NCBI GenBank assembly: GCA_000826855.1
Contig: JTLS01000065.1
Coordinates: 1-35,710 of the forward strand
From: Basidioascus undulatus
Lineage: Eukaryota
Reading direction: 5' to 3'
DNA: 35,710 nucleotides
Below the pieces are notes generated by a model. That model saw only the letters and a program-made list of their open reading frames with translations. It ran no database searches and was not told the origin of the DNA. How positions within the stretch are numbered: position 1 is the first letter of the stretch; each line of letters begins with the position of its first letter. Both the position numbers and the translations under genes were made by a program. Shown here one piece after another: positions 21,823 to 34,198 of the stretch.

Positions 21823-24800
21823 TCACACCTCGCTCAGCTCACTCTCCTCATCCTCATCTCCCTCCCCCTCACTCTCCGCTGCCAGCGCCCGCCTCACCGC
21901 CGCCTCCTGCTTACGCCGCTTCTCGGCCTGCTCCGCCGACTGCTCAGCGGCCCGACTGCGCGTTACGCGCCTCTCAGGAGCTGGGGCGGGTGCCGCAGGC
22001 GCACGCGCGCGTGCACGGGGCGTTGGCTTGGGCTTGGGCTTGGGCGCGGCTTTCGCTTTCGGAGCGGACGCGGCGGCGGTGTTGGCTGAACGCCGAGGGC
22101 GCTTCGCAGGGCTCGGGATAATCTCGACGTGCGAGTCGGAAGACGGCGCGGCATCACTGTTGGATGTGCGGCTGGCGGCCGCCTCGGCTTGGAGCTCAGC
22201 GAACGCGGCGAGGGCCTGAGGGGCGCCTCTCGGAACCGATGTTGGGGTAGCCGTTGAAGTCGGAGTTGGGACGGCTTCGAGCGCCTCGTCGTCCTCGAGC
22301 GCCAAGCCATTCCCATTCGCATACCGTTCGACGCCGTCCTCCTCCTCTTCATCGACGGCCGTCGTGGGCCGCACGTCGACGCGCCCAGGAATGAGGAACC
22401 CGCCTTCGGCGCCCTCGGCCTCGTGCCGCGCAAACTGAGCATGTTCTGCGGCGCTCTCGAATGGTTGCTGTAGATCCGAACGCGCCCATCAGCCCACGTC
22501 GTCTTGCGAGAATTGTACAAGGGGCAGAGATATGGAGGATGCGCACCTCCGCGTCAGGCGCAGCGCCCTTGCCGTCTTTCCGGTCGTACTCCTCCTGGAG
22601 GCGCTGGCGGATGCGCAAACCCTGGACGAGACGCTGCCATCTCTTCAGGACGCGTTCCTGCAGCTTGGCAGCCTCCTTCTCGGCCTGTACAGACGCCCAC
22701 TCCTCGTATGCCTGCACGTCCCCCATCCGACTCAGTCTCGCGTTAGGTAGGGATCGACGAAGATGAGATGGGAAAGGGACGACGGACATCAAGGACGGCA
22801 TCTTTCGACTCGGCAGGGATGACGATACCCGTCATGACGGGGTTCGCGCGGCGCTGGCGGAACTCGAAGCCAGTCTGGGAAGTGCAAGCAATGAGCGTGA
22901 TGCAGAGGACATTGAAAAGGGTGCTCCAGCCATCTACGCACGACAGCCTCGGCATAGTCGATTCCCAGCATCTTCGCGATCTTCGCAATGCCCTTCTCTG
23001 TAGATGGAACATACGGCGTAAGATAGGAAGAATGCAGGGCAGAAGGATAGATGATGTGTACGCACGAGGAAGATGCACGCCGCCCTCCGGGAGCATGGAG
23101 GGGACGTAGAGGTCGATGTTACCGAAATTGTTTTTCGGGACCTTGCCCTGCGCGCCGAACCCAACTCATCAGCTACCTTCCCATCTCCCCGCCCAAATCG
23201 AAATCCTCCGCAGACTAACATCAACCACCGGCCTAGCCCTATACTCCTCCGTCTGCCACCTGGCATACAGTCCCTGGAGCACGTCCCCGCCCCCCTCAGC
23301 GACCTGGGCCTCCTGCGCGCGCCGCCTTGCGAGAGTGACCGCGCGCTGCTTGACCTCCTTGAGCGCGTGCTGGCCCTTTCTGAGCTGGCGGCCCACGCGC
23401 AGCCAGTTCTCGGGCGTCTTGAGCGCCACGACGTTCGCGCGCGGAAAGACGGGTTCGCCCCGGAACTTGCCGATCTCCGTCCGCGGGTGCACGATCTCTT
23501 CCCGCTTGAGGTGGCGCTCGAGGACGTAGCTGATGGGGCGGGGGGGTTAGCGCGGAAGGTGCGTGGGGAGAGGGAAGAGGAAGCGAACAGGGGATGGTCT
23601 TTGAAGCCCTGCTGGGACGTCGGCATCCGCTCGGAGATCTGGGACGTCATGAGCTCGGCGTCTTCCGTATCGTCTCTTGCCTGTGCGGCCCCAGCCCTCT
23701 CATCAGCACGTGCCCTTAACACCTTCTCGCCGACTAAGATGGAAAACACGCACGAGTCGATAATGCCTCGTCAGATGCTGCACGACGATGGCCCACCAGT
23801 CGACGTCCTTCCTTACAGGCGGGCGGAGCTTGGACGTGCGCGCACCAAAGTGCTTCGCATACCGCACCGTCACGTCCTTGGCAAAGCCATCTAGCATCCC
23901 ACACACCTCCGCGCCTCGTCAGCCTCCCACATGCGCGCTGGTAAGGGGAGAGTGAAGAGGGATGAGAGGAAGGCCAAGTTTACCCTCCTCGAAAGCCAGC
24001 ACATAGGTCATGCGGTTCGACTTGTCCGAGCTAGGCGGCTCCATGCCCGCGCGCGCGGAGTTGCGGATCTTGTTTCGCAGCGGGTCGACGACGAGCCACT
24101 TGCCGTCCGGGCGGGAGAATACTTCTGTCCAGAAGACGGGCGGGGAGGACGGGTCGGGGACTGCCGAGACGCGACGGACCGATCAGTCCTCATCTCAGTT
24201 CGACTGGCGCAAAGAAGGAAAGCGAAAGCGCACCGGAGCGTGAGGACGAAGAAGCGGTCTGCTTCGCTGCGCGCTGCTTGCGCAGCCGCACTGTTGGCGC
24301 GGCGGACGCGGGAGGCGACCCCGCTGCGCTGCTTCTCGCCGACCCGGCGAGACACTGCCCGTCGCCCCACTGCGCGCGCTCCTGCCGCTGTGCCCACGTC
24401 AACGGCGGCGGGGCCTCCTCGACGAACGGCGGCGGGGCCTCCTCGACGAGCTCAAAGTTCGCGTCGTCCTCATCGCCCTCCTCCTCCAGCTCGTCCTGCA
24501 TAGTCCGTATAGGTTTCTTCCCCTTCCCCTTCCCTTTGCCGTTCGCCTTGCCCTTCCCTGAGGCGGCGGTGGAGGTGATGGAGGAAGAAGAGGAGGAAGA
24601 CGAAGCGCGCCAGGGGACGGCCTGGAGGGAGACGACGAGGCGGGCGGGGATGCCGAGCGCGCGGCAGAGCGCGGTGAAGAGCTGGGCGGACATGTCGCGC
24701 GATCCGCGCATCTGGAGCGCGCGCTTCTGCATGCTCCGCGTCGATCGGATCACCTCCTTCGGCTCGCTGTCCTCGTCGTCTTCATCCTCGCTGTTTCTCC

Positions 24801-25748
24801 CCACCCACCCAGCGGTGTCAGCCTCTGCCCCGCCCCTTCCCTCCCCTGCGGCAGACGCACCTATCCCGTGCCCTTCCCTTCCCCTTCCCCTTCCGCGCCC
24901 GCGCCATCTCCTCCTCCACGTCCTGGAAGCTGCGTGTGCGCAGCGCGTGCAGCGTTGGGTCAATGCGGAAGTGGTCGATCCACCAGGCGAGGAGGCGCTT
25001 GAGCGCGTTGTCGAAGCGCCTGCTGCGCTCGACCGGGTCGGGGACAAGCGTGGGCGAGAGCGCGCTGAAGGGCTGCTGGATCATGAGCGGGAGCTTGGAG
25101 AGCATCCGGGCCTGGTCGCCGGGTCGTCAGAATGGACTGCTGCTGGGAGAGGAGAGCGGAGGCACGTGTGAGACGGACATGGAGGAGCGGGTCGTTGATC
25201 AGCTTGTTGCGTGCTCTTGCATTTGCGATCAGCGCGCAGACGTGCAGCTTGTGCGTTTCGAGGCGGATCGTGCGCTCGAGCTGGGAGAGGCCCTTCTTCC
25301 TGTCATCACCGCCACATACACGCAACACAATGCATCCGTCAGCCTCCCTGTCCCACACAAAGCCCTGCCCCCTAAAAACTCACTTGACGCTTCCCTCCTC
25401 CTTCGCCTTCCCCTTGCCCTTCTCAAGCGTGATCTTCAGCGCCTCCCGCTCGCGGGCAGCGACCTTGTTCTTCCCTGCCGCTTCCTCCACCGACTCCCCA
25501 GGAGCGGGCGCGGGAGCAGGGGCGGCACCGGCGCCGGCGGTGGTGAAGTCGGGAACGTCGACCTCCTCCCAGTCCATGCCCTCGTCATCCTCGTCGGAGG
25601 AGGGCTCGGACTCGGACGCGGATGGCAAAGGAGAGGAGTCGAGGATGAACCCGCCTGGGACGGAGGGGTGATGCGTCGTGTTAAGGGGGGTGTGGGCGGT
25701 CGAGGAGAAGGCTGTTTGAGGGGAGTAGATGTGAGAGGTTGTTAGCAT
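21823..25748 (-). CDS. RAD4: DNA damage recognition protein Rad4/XPC
   Basis: MDWEEVDV; GSRDMSAQLFTALCRALGIPARLVVSLQ (transglutaminase-like); PPVFWTEVF...VDP; AKDVTVRYA; GFKDHPLYVLERHLK; GLYARWQT; VPKNNFGNIDLYVPSMLP; IDYAEAVTGFEF (BHD1-3). Start codon approximate. Confidence 0.95.
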
Positions 25749-26319
25749 TCGTTGGGACGCTATCGGTCTTCCTTGGGCGCGGCGATCGCCACGCCAACTC
25801 CACCCAGCCTGGTGGCAGACTTGTCGACTACTGCCAGCGTCGATAAACCCCAGTCCAATCCCCGCCCGGTATCTGCCGCAACAACTCCCATTCAAGCTCT
25901 CCAAACACCCAGCACCCCAATTACCCAGCACGCGCCGTGCACGCGACCAAGACTCCAGACGCACTGTTCGATGGCCCTACGCCGATCCCGACCTCCTCCA
26001 TATCAAAGTCCGAGTCCGACATGTTCCCCCTCTCGTATCTCTCCTAGATTATGAGTGTATCTCAAAAATATAGCTGTGTAGAGCGTAGTCTGTGTGGATT
26101 GCAAAGAGAGGATGGATGGTGGCTGGGCAAAGCCGCGTTCAACTCGAGCAGCGCGGGAAACCGCCGCCTTGAACCGGCACCCGATGACATCAACTTGGAA
26201 GGGGGCATCCCGCCCGCAATCGCACGTCTTCTTGCCTTGTCACTCTCACCTACATGTTCAACGCCCTCCGCAGAACTTTGGTAATCACCGCACGTACCGG
26301 GACTAGCAGCAGAGCATAC

Positions 26320-27382
26320 ATGGTCAAGTACCTCAGCCAGACCGAGGCGCAGCAGGTGTGTCTCTGCGGGCTTGGAGGTGAGGAAGACCCCCGCTAGCAA
26401 CGCTGAACAGGCTGGATGGCGGCGAGCAGATCGACGAGGAGTTGATGGGCGAGCGAGGCGCGTACACGCTCGAGCAGGTGCGATCGTTTCCCTCAAGTGT
26501 AAACCGCAAAGTGACGCTGAACGAAGGGGTGGATGAAGCTCATGGAGCTCGCAGGCCTCAGCGTCGCCCAGGCCATCGCACGCTCCTACCCGCCCTCGAC
26601 CCACCCGCGCGCGCTCGTCGCATGCGGACCAGGTAACCAGGTGATTGTCCCAATCCTCATTCTCTTCCGGTTTGCCTTGGATCATAGGGGTGCTGACGAC
26701 GGATGCGACGCCAGGGAGGCGACGGCCTCGTCGCAGCGCGGCACCTCGCTCTCTTCGGATACAAGCCCACCCTCTTTTACCCCAAGGTCGGTTTCCACTC
26801 CTCCAGCTCCCTCCACTCTCCATCTAACACCCCTTCTTCCCTCACCAACAGCCCGGCAGAAACGGGCACTACCAAAAGCTGCTCTCTCAATGCTCCAACT
26901 TCCAGATTCCCACTCTCCCGGCAGACGCCGACATTCCCTCCGCGCTCTCCTCGACCGACCTCGTAGTAGACTCCATCTTCGGCTTCTCCTTCTCCGGCGC
27001 CCCGCGCGCCCCGTTCGACACCGTCATCTCCGCGCTCAAGGAGCGGTCCTCGGACGGGTCGCTCCCGATCGTCTCCGTCGACATCCCCTCGGCGTGGGAC
27101 GTCGAGAAGGGCAACGTCGATGAGCGGTCGTTCGAACCGGCCGCGCTAGTTAGTCTTACGGCACCGAAGCTTGGAGCGAAGGAGTTTAGGGGGATTCACT
27201 GGCTGGGCGGACGGTTTGTGCCCGGGTGGTTGGAGGAGAAGTACCAGCTGTGAGTGCTTGATTTGGCGAAGGGGGGAAGGGAAGAGAGATGCTGATGCAG
27301 AGCGGAGGGGGACAGGAACTTGCCTGAGTACCCTGATGGCGAACAGGTTGTCGAGCTCCCCGCAGGGGTCGCGAACCTTTGA
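26320..27382 (+). CDS. NNR1: NAD(P)H-hydrate epimerase (YjeF_N; NAXE/AIBP orthologue)
   Basis: [18 protein letters not shown]...[14 protein letters not shown]...[17 protein letters not shown]...[10 protein letters not shown]...[11 protein letters not shown]...LVSLTAPK...HWLGGRFVP; 5 introns; TGA 27380-27382. Confidence 0.96.
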
Positions 27383-27673
27383 GTGATGAACGAAGCTGAC
27401 CATCTGCGAGCCCGCTGGGGCCCTTTTCGATCATGAAGCCAAACTACATGCATGATGATTGCACCGCCCCGGATGCCTGCCACTCTGGCTTCGGCACTGT
27501 GTTAGGAACGGCTGTGCTCAACACCGCCAGTAACAATGCTGGCAGATCAAAAAGACACCGGGAGTGCGGCCGCCTTGGCAGCCTTCCCAGTGTCGCCCAA
27601 TCTCGTTAGCAGTGAACACAGACGGCAAAACAAAGGTAGAACGGAGCTCTGGGTGCCAAAAGAATAAAAGAAA

Positions 27674-27757
27674 TGGCCACTGCAGGGGTCGAACCTGCGA
27701 CTTTGGAGTTCCAAATAAATATTAGCTCCACACTCTAACCAACTGAGTTAAGCGGCC
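27674..27757 (-). tRNA. tRNA-Ile(AAT) with 10-nt intron
   Basis: GGCCGCT acceptor stem, ACTC/GAGT D-stem, TGGAG-CT AAT A-[intron 27710..27719]-A-CTCCA anticodon arm, GCAGG TTCGACC CCTGC T-arm; T-runs downstream, TATA-like element upstream. Confidence 0.95.
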
Positions 27758-28270
27758 TACGTATGCTTCCTCCTTTATAAACATATGTTGCTTTTTACAG
27801 GAAAACTTCCGAACTGACCCATCAGCAATCACCTTTTCACACCTCACACACATCTATCACTACTGCCTACAAGTCCCAGAATATGCGACCAAGCTTCCAA
27901 TATTTTCAGATTACGTTCCTCAAATCTCCTACGTGCACCCGGCCCGAAGGCTGCCATGCGCGCAACTGCCAATCGAAATCGGCGGCGACCTCAGACAGCT
28001 TCAAACACGATACAAGCAACTCCCCCGCCCCATAGACAGATCTGAGAGAATTTGTCCGGTAAAAGTAGAGAGAAGCTGAAAAGGCCGTCGAAAGGGAAAG
28101 AAAGAGAGGGAAGGGGAGATTTGAGTTGTGATGCGGTCATGCATGCGCTCCGCGCTCGACGCAGTGCAGGTACTTTCGCCTCGGCTGGCTACTCTTTCGA
28201 ACACCTCCTGCCTTTTTCTGCATCTCAACACTTCATTTAAGAAGCTTCCACACATTTAAGGAAAAGCGTC

Positions 28271-28890
28271 ATGTCGACTTGGGACGACGTTGCAAGCCAC
28301 GTACGCAGACCAGCCACCGCTACATGGTCAGACGGACTTGCTCACGGACTTTTCTGCAGGTCGTAGACGTAGGCAACGCCAAGGTCGTCTTCTCCCCCGC
28401 CATTACTCATCCTCTTCACCTGACTCAAACCTGTCCCACCCCCAGAACGTCGCCTCCACCATCCACTCCCAATCCGCGCGCTTGCACCCCGAGCTCCCCG
28501 CCGGGTCCTCCGTCCCGCGTCGCTCTGCCGCCCAACAAGCAGACCAAGCGATCCCGCGCCTGGCGGAAGCCGTCTCGCAGGAGCTGGGGGTTCCCAAACA
28601 GACGGCGATGCAGATTCCCAAGACGCGGGGGCCGCTCGACCCCGAGTTGGTTGTTGCTGAGGTGCAGGCCGACGCGGATATCGCGGCGTCGAATGAGGAC
28701 TTTGTTTGTAAGTACTTAGTGAAGAGGGAGGGCTGCTTGTGGAGAGCGTGAGGAACTGATTGGAGAGGGCTGTGAGCGGATAGATGGCAGGATCGAGCGC
28801 GGAGGCATCGCTGCGAATCTCCAGTCGGCGGGGGCGAAGCTTGAGAATGCGGTTAACCAGCGGGAGTTTGAAGAGACTGGGTACTTTTGA
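28271..28890 (+). CDS. Small SMP-domain (seed maturation protein / LEA-like) protein
   Basis: Four exons (one 9 nt, 28360..28368) give MSTWDDVASH|VVD|NVASTIHSQSARLH...NEDFVY|GRIERGGIAANLQSAGAKLEN...GYF*; GGIAANLQSA resembles the SMP repeat core. Confidence 0.65.
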
Positions 28891-29199
28891 AAGGTGGGGG
28901 CCCGATTTTCCAACGGAATATTGGCTATAATGCAATATTTCTCTGAACCGAGCTCAAAGATCTCAGTCTGCCACGAAAGCTTCCAGAGGGAAGGAAGGGA
29001 AGATGATGAAAAAGCGTAACACCATCATCATTATGGGTCTTAGCCTCGCCATTGAGCATCGAAGATGCCGTCTCGACTTCTTCTTCTTCAACCGTATAGA
29101 CCGCGTCTCAAGCGTCGCTCTACTTAGACCCTCCCGCATACTGACCAACCGTCCTCTGCTTCTCTCTCGATTGCGGATTCGCTCGTGCTCATTCGTGTC

Positions 29200-30420
29200 A
29201 TGGGTCTTCTCGCGCGGTCGGCGGAATCCATTCGCTTCCATCCTGCTCTTGCCCTCACTGGCCCTCGTCGCATTCTTGCTCTTCTACGAGCCCTCAAGCT
29301 CCCAAGACCTGTGCGTTGGTTATGCACCACTGGCGCAGACCAGGTCCGAGTCGAACCTCCCCGGCCGATTCCTCTACACGGCGGTCAACAACTACTTCAA
29401 GTACACCAATACGCGGTTGAACCCCGCAGACACGCCGCAGGTGGAGTCACTGCCTGTCTGTGATCGCTCCGCCGAGTCCGCGCATTCAGGCTCATCTTGA
29501 TGCTGAGATCCCGCGGCAACAGGCACTGGTGAACTTTGGACTCCTTAACGGTTCATTAAGACGTTGTCACTCCTTCAGAGTCTCGATAAACGGTTCGCCT
29601 AGCCTCTTACATCTTTTTCGCAAGCTTGCGCTGATGCGCGGTGATCGCGCATGCGAGTCAGATCTCAAGAAAGCTGCTCCTCCCGGGACGTTGCACAAGC
29701 TCCTGTATCTGGTATCTACTTCGCTCAGCTTGAAACCCTCACGCTCGATGATACTCCGACAACTCATGTCACTGTCGCTCGCGCCTAATCTCTCGACTCA
29801 TTGAGAGACGCTCGCACGAAAACCTGGCGGAACATGGCGCGCCGAGTCGAAGGGGGCGTGCCTAATCCGTCTGTGTTCTTCATCGCGCCGTCGGTTGCTG
29901 CGGCGTGCACAACGGAAGTTGTGTTCAAGGACGCGCTCCGACGTAAAGCAAACAGCGGGGTGAGAGGGACATTCGTGAAGATTCGCCCTTCAAAACCTAC
30001 CAGGTGTCCTTTTGATTTCCTTCTACGCGCGGAGCTGACCCGCTCGATGCTCTGTCCGAACAGAATCTCCGCGACGCCTTTCCTGCCCGCCGGGCGTCTA
30101 GGTCGCAGCTGCACGCGCTCTTCCCGCCCTTCGCCTTCGAACAGGGATTCCCTGAAGGAGAGGCGAATGAGGCGGACTCTGACGCCCGAGGAGCACGAGC
30201 TTCGCGTGCGGGACGTGCTGGACCGCATATTCGACGCCGAAGATAACCGCTGTGCGTATTCTTGACTATTGAGACAGGACCATCTCCAGAGTCACCTGGA
30301 TGCGTACGGACCAGATGCTGCAATTGTCGCATCGCGAGACGTGTTGAGCAAGGTTCTCAAGATCTTGGGGCATCGCGAGTGGGAGTGGAAAGACGCGCAG
30401 CTTGTTCCTGTCCTGGTTAA
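29200..30420 (+). pseudogene. Degenerate type-II membrane glycosyltransferase-like gene (CAP59/CMT1-like, tentative)
   Basis: Short basic N-terminus plus one TM (ILLLPSLALVAFLLFY), then broken fragments (FRVSINGS, ETLAR/RNMA, SVFFI, CPFDF, LVPVL) in different frames with residual intron signals; no continuous model found. Confidence 0.35.
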
Positions 30421-31563
30421 GGGGAAGCACATTCATTGATGGGGAACCATGCCGTTATACGGGTCTTGGCAGATACCGGCACAGGGTAAGCGATGATCGT
30501 GCTAGTCCAATATATAAGAGCCGACTCCATCGTGAGCGCGAGAAAGAGGCGAAGGAGCAGCGCGATGCGATACGATGAGGCGATGGTCGAGGGAGAGATA
30601 AAAACGAGGCACGTACGCCGCGCTTTGGCTGCTTCTGCATGGTCAAGCAGCGCAGCTCGCTGCTGCATAAGCGTTCCCTAAAAAATACATGACGCTCGGT
30701 CTCAAAGTTTTAGAGCTTAATTGAATTCTATTGAAGAAGGCCTCGAAGATGAAGCTCGAATGCAACTTCGGCAGCACCTTTGCGCAGAGCTGCACGCTAC
30801 GGGGTGTGCACATCGAGAAGCCCCCGTCCGCCCGCATCACAAGTTCCCACATGCCCTGCAGAGTATTGAAAAATTTTGTGTGTTCTAGTGTCTGTCCCTT
30901 TCATTCTTCAGTACCTAGAGGGCATGCACAGGGAGGCACGCTTCTGTGAGCTTTCCGTCCCCAGCGGATTTAACTGCCCACCAAACTCGAAGCGGCGCGA
31001 TTGTGCCAGCCAAGTTGTGTCCACAAATGAAGTAATTCGCAGATACACGGCGTTTATGGAAATCATACAGCGCATCCGTGTCCAGTCATCATCAGTCAGT
31101 GTAACGCAGGCTAATGTCCATCGGAAGGACTGCTGCTCCTTGCCAGCAACTGCACTGCCAGCGCGGAAATCGTTCCGATAGACGGGTCACTAACTTACCC
31201 CGACAAACATCCTCCTCAAAATGCAACATGAAGGCACCCAGGTGCGTGCTCCTTCCCCCTTGCTATGCACTGAATCGTTCCGGCAATCCACCGTAAAACC
31301 TCTGCGAATCGTGGATCCCGTTTTCTTCCTCAGACACCCAGATCAAGCGACCAAGTCGCACAAGCGCTCTTCGGTCATACACGCACGCAGGTTGGGTATC
31401 GATCAATGCGTCGTGCATCTCCCCATCCCCTTTCCCTCTCCCGTCCCTCAACTCCCGCTCTATTCCACCCCAGCCCCTCCCACCTTCGCTCCCCGATCCC
31501 ATACAGCCAAGAAGTGTGTCTGAATCGCAGATCCTCCTCCCTCCCAGCGCAGCGGAACCCGGC

Positions 31564-32834
31564 CTACTCCCGCCCCTTCCCAATCTCCGCCCCAATCCTG
31601 TAATTGCCGACCTTCGCACGTGCACCCGCCTCACATCAGCCTCACCTTCTTCCCCACCCCTCCCCTGCACAAACCAAACGCTTACCTTATCCCAGTCTAC
31701 CTTCTCCCTCGTCACCGGCAGGGCGCGGCGGAGCGCGCGGAACGTGCGCTCGCCAAACTCGCCCGCGTACACATCGTTCACGCCCGCTTGATAGCGCGCC
31801 TCTTCCTTCGCCAGCGCGTCCACGAGCTTCTTGGCGTCTTGCGCGGTGGACGGGGAGTGGGTGGGGAGGGGGAGCGTCGGCGTGTGCGAGGTGTGGAGCT
31901 GGACGTTACCATTCCTGCGATGGGAGGGTGGGGGTTCAGGGGCGGAGGAGGGAGAAGGAAAGAAGGAAGAAGGAAAATTGGGGAGAGGAAGAAGGGACAG
32001 GGAAGAAGAGGAGGGAAAATGGAAGGGAGTGAAGCATGCGGAAGTACGCACTCAAAGTAGTGCACGTCCACCTTGACCTTCCCCCTCAGCTCGCCCTTCT
32101 CCGCATCCACGCTCCAGGCGCTCCTCCACCGTCCGCTCCAGTAATTCGCATGGCTATACTTGTTTCCCACGATCCTAATCTCCCACCCCTTCTCGCCGTC
32201 CTGGCGCGAGTAGACGGCCGCCACGCCGTCGGGGTAGTGCTCCGCGACGTAGGCGAGCACGGCGGCCTCGAGGTGCGCGCGGAACGGCTCGGGGTCAGCG
32301 TCGGGGGAGGAAAGCGAGGGAGTGTGCGGGGCGGGGTCGGAGGAGGAGAGGCGCAGGTGGTCGAACGTGAAGGTGCGAGAGGTGCGCGGGTCGAGGTATC
32401 GGTTGGAGGGGAGCGCGGCGGCGTCGGAGATGAGGACCTTGTGAGGGGAGAGCGGGGGGTAGAAGGGGTGTCAATAGGAAAACCTTCCAGGCAATGAAGG
32501 GAAGAACCGAAGGATGGGAGGAGGCAGGGATGGAGATGCGAAAGGGATGGGAGAGGAACGCACAGGGTGCTCAGACCCAGGCACGACGGTAGTGACGAAC
32601 TGGTCGATGTTGTACTCCTCAAGCGCAGGCAGAAGGCCCGTCTCGAGCGCAGCGTCATCGTTAATGAGCGCGCGGATGTCTACTCGCCCATCATCCCGCA
32701 GTCAGATGAGACTGCAACGAAAGGGGTGCGAGAGAGGAGAGAGCCGGACCGGCAATGATATCGTCGATCTCGCCCGGCGGGGACTGCTTGATCAGCCCCG
32801 CGGCGAGGGACGCTTTCTCGGCCGTGCTCGACAT
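31564..32834 (-). CDS. CAP1: F-actin capping protein alpha subunit
   Basis: QSPPGEIDDII...EEYNIDQF...IVGNKYSHANYWSGRWRS...KVDVHYFE|NGNVQL...FRALRRALPVTREKVDWDK|VGNYRIGAEI; 4 introns; TAG 31564-31566. Confidence 0.97.
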
Positions 32835-33279
32835 TCAGGTGTGGATTGGAAATGGGAAAAGAGGAGTAGAGACGGGGTTAAGGATGGGCGGGCAAAGGTG
32901 GGAGGCGGCAAGGGAGACCGGAGGCCAAGGCGCGTCGAGGGCGCGCTCGTGAGCTGGCTGACGCGGGGTGCGCAGTGCAGCTCGGTTACATTGCTTTTGC
33001 AGACTGAATGGATGCTCATTCGAAGAAATTACTTGTATGTCGGCTGAATGAAACATCTTGAAAGCCCAAAAGAGGATATATAAGGAGAAGGGTGGGCAGA
33101 GCAGAGCTGTTTGTCGCTCTTCCTCTGCCAACGCAACTCGCCTCCCACCTCTCGCCGCCTTCCACGTCCTCTGAGTATGACAGACGTCAGTCGCCCACCA
33201 GCTTGCTCGCCCACCTCCTTGCCTAATCTCGCATACCTCTTCGTCCAGCTGGTATTCCTCCTATCGCCATCCCGCTGCG

Positions 33280-34198
33280 ATGGAAGCGAACGGGATCGAA
33301 GCGTGGATCCGCGACATCCCACCCATCACCCGCACCTGGGTCGCAGCCAGCGTCGCAATCTCGCTCGCAGTCGTGCGTCCGGGCCCACAGTCGCACTCAT
33401 CCTGGCGCTAGCGCTTACAATGGGATCGGGAGAGAGCAGCAATGTAAACTCCTCACGCCCCTGCAGCTCTACTACTCCTGGACAGCCGCATTTGTGAATG
33501 GACAGGTCAGTAGGGGAACCCCGGCAGGTCGTTGGCTGCGAGTGAGCTGACCTCCTCCCCACAGCCCTACCGCGCCCTCACAACCTTCCTCTTCTTCGGT
33601 CCGCTCTCCCTGGACTTCGTCTTCCACCTCTTCTTCTTCCTCCGCTATTCCCGTTCTCTCGAAACGTCCTCGCCCGCCCCCTCGCCCAGGTCCTCGTACC
33701 TCTTCCTCCTCCTCTTCCTCTGCCTCGCCCTCCTCGCGCTCAACCCGCTCCTCAACCTCTACTTCCTCTCCTCCTCCCTCTCCGCCGCGCTCGTGTACCT
33801 CTGGGCGCGCGCGAACCCGTCCACCCGCATAGGGCTCCTCGTGTTCGTCATCCGCGCGAGTTACCTCCCCTGGGCGCTCGTCGCGCTCAGCTGGGTGGTT
33901 GTTGGCAATTGGAGGGCGGCCGTGACGGAGCTGGCGGGCATTGCGGTGGGACATGTGTGGTGGTTCGGAAGGGAGTGGTGGAGGAGGGAGATGCAGAGCG
34001 GGGGGAAGAGCTGGCTTGAGACGCCGAGGTTCTTGTGAGTCGCTGTTTCTTCCCATTCATAGTCTGCCTCATCCCAAGCACACCCTCGCTCATCACCTGG
34101 TTTCCCTCCCCTTCCTCCCCTTTCCTCTGGCCTCCCCCAGAGTCCGCCTCGTCGACGGCCCCCACGTCCCCCCGCCCGCACCAGCGCAGCGCCGCTGA
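33280..34198 (+). CDS. DER1: Derlin (ERAD rhomboid pseudoprotease)
   Basis: IPPITRTW...PLQLYYSW...Q|PYRALTTFLFFG...FHLFFFLRYSRSLE...VYLWARANP...ASYLPWAL...GIAVGHVWWF...LETP; 3 introns. Confidence 0.95.

Noticed and set aside
24278..25745. Long antisense/alternate-frame ORFs (e.g. 24278..25171, 24936..25745, also 4980..5927, 23073..23894)
   Set aside because: Shadow ORFs of GC-rich Rad4 and Rpn13 exons; low complexity, no motifs.
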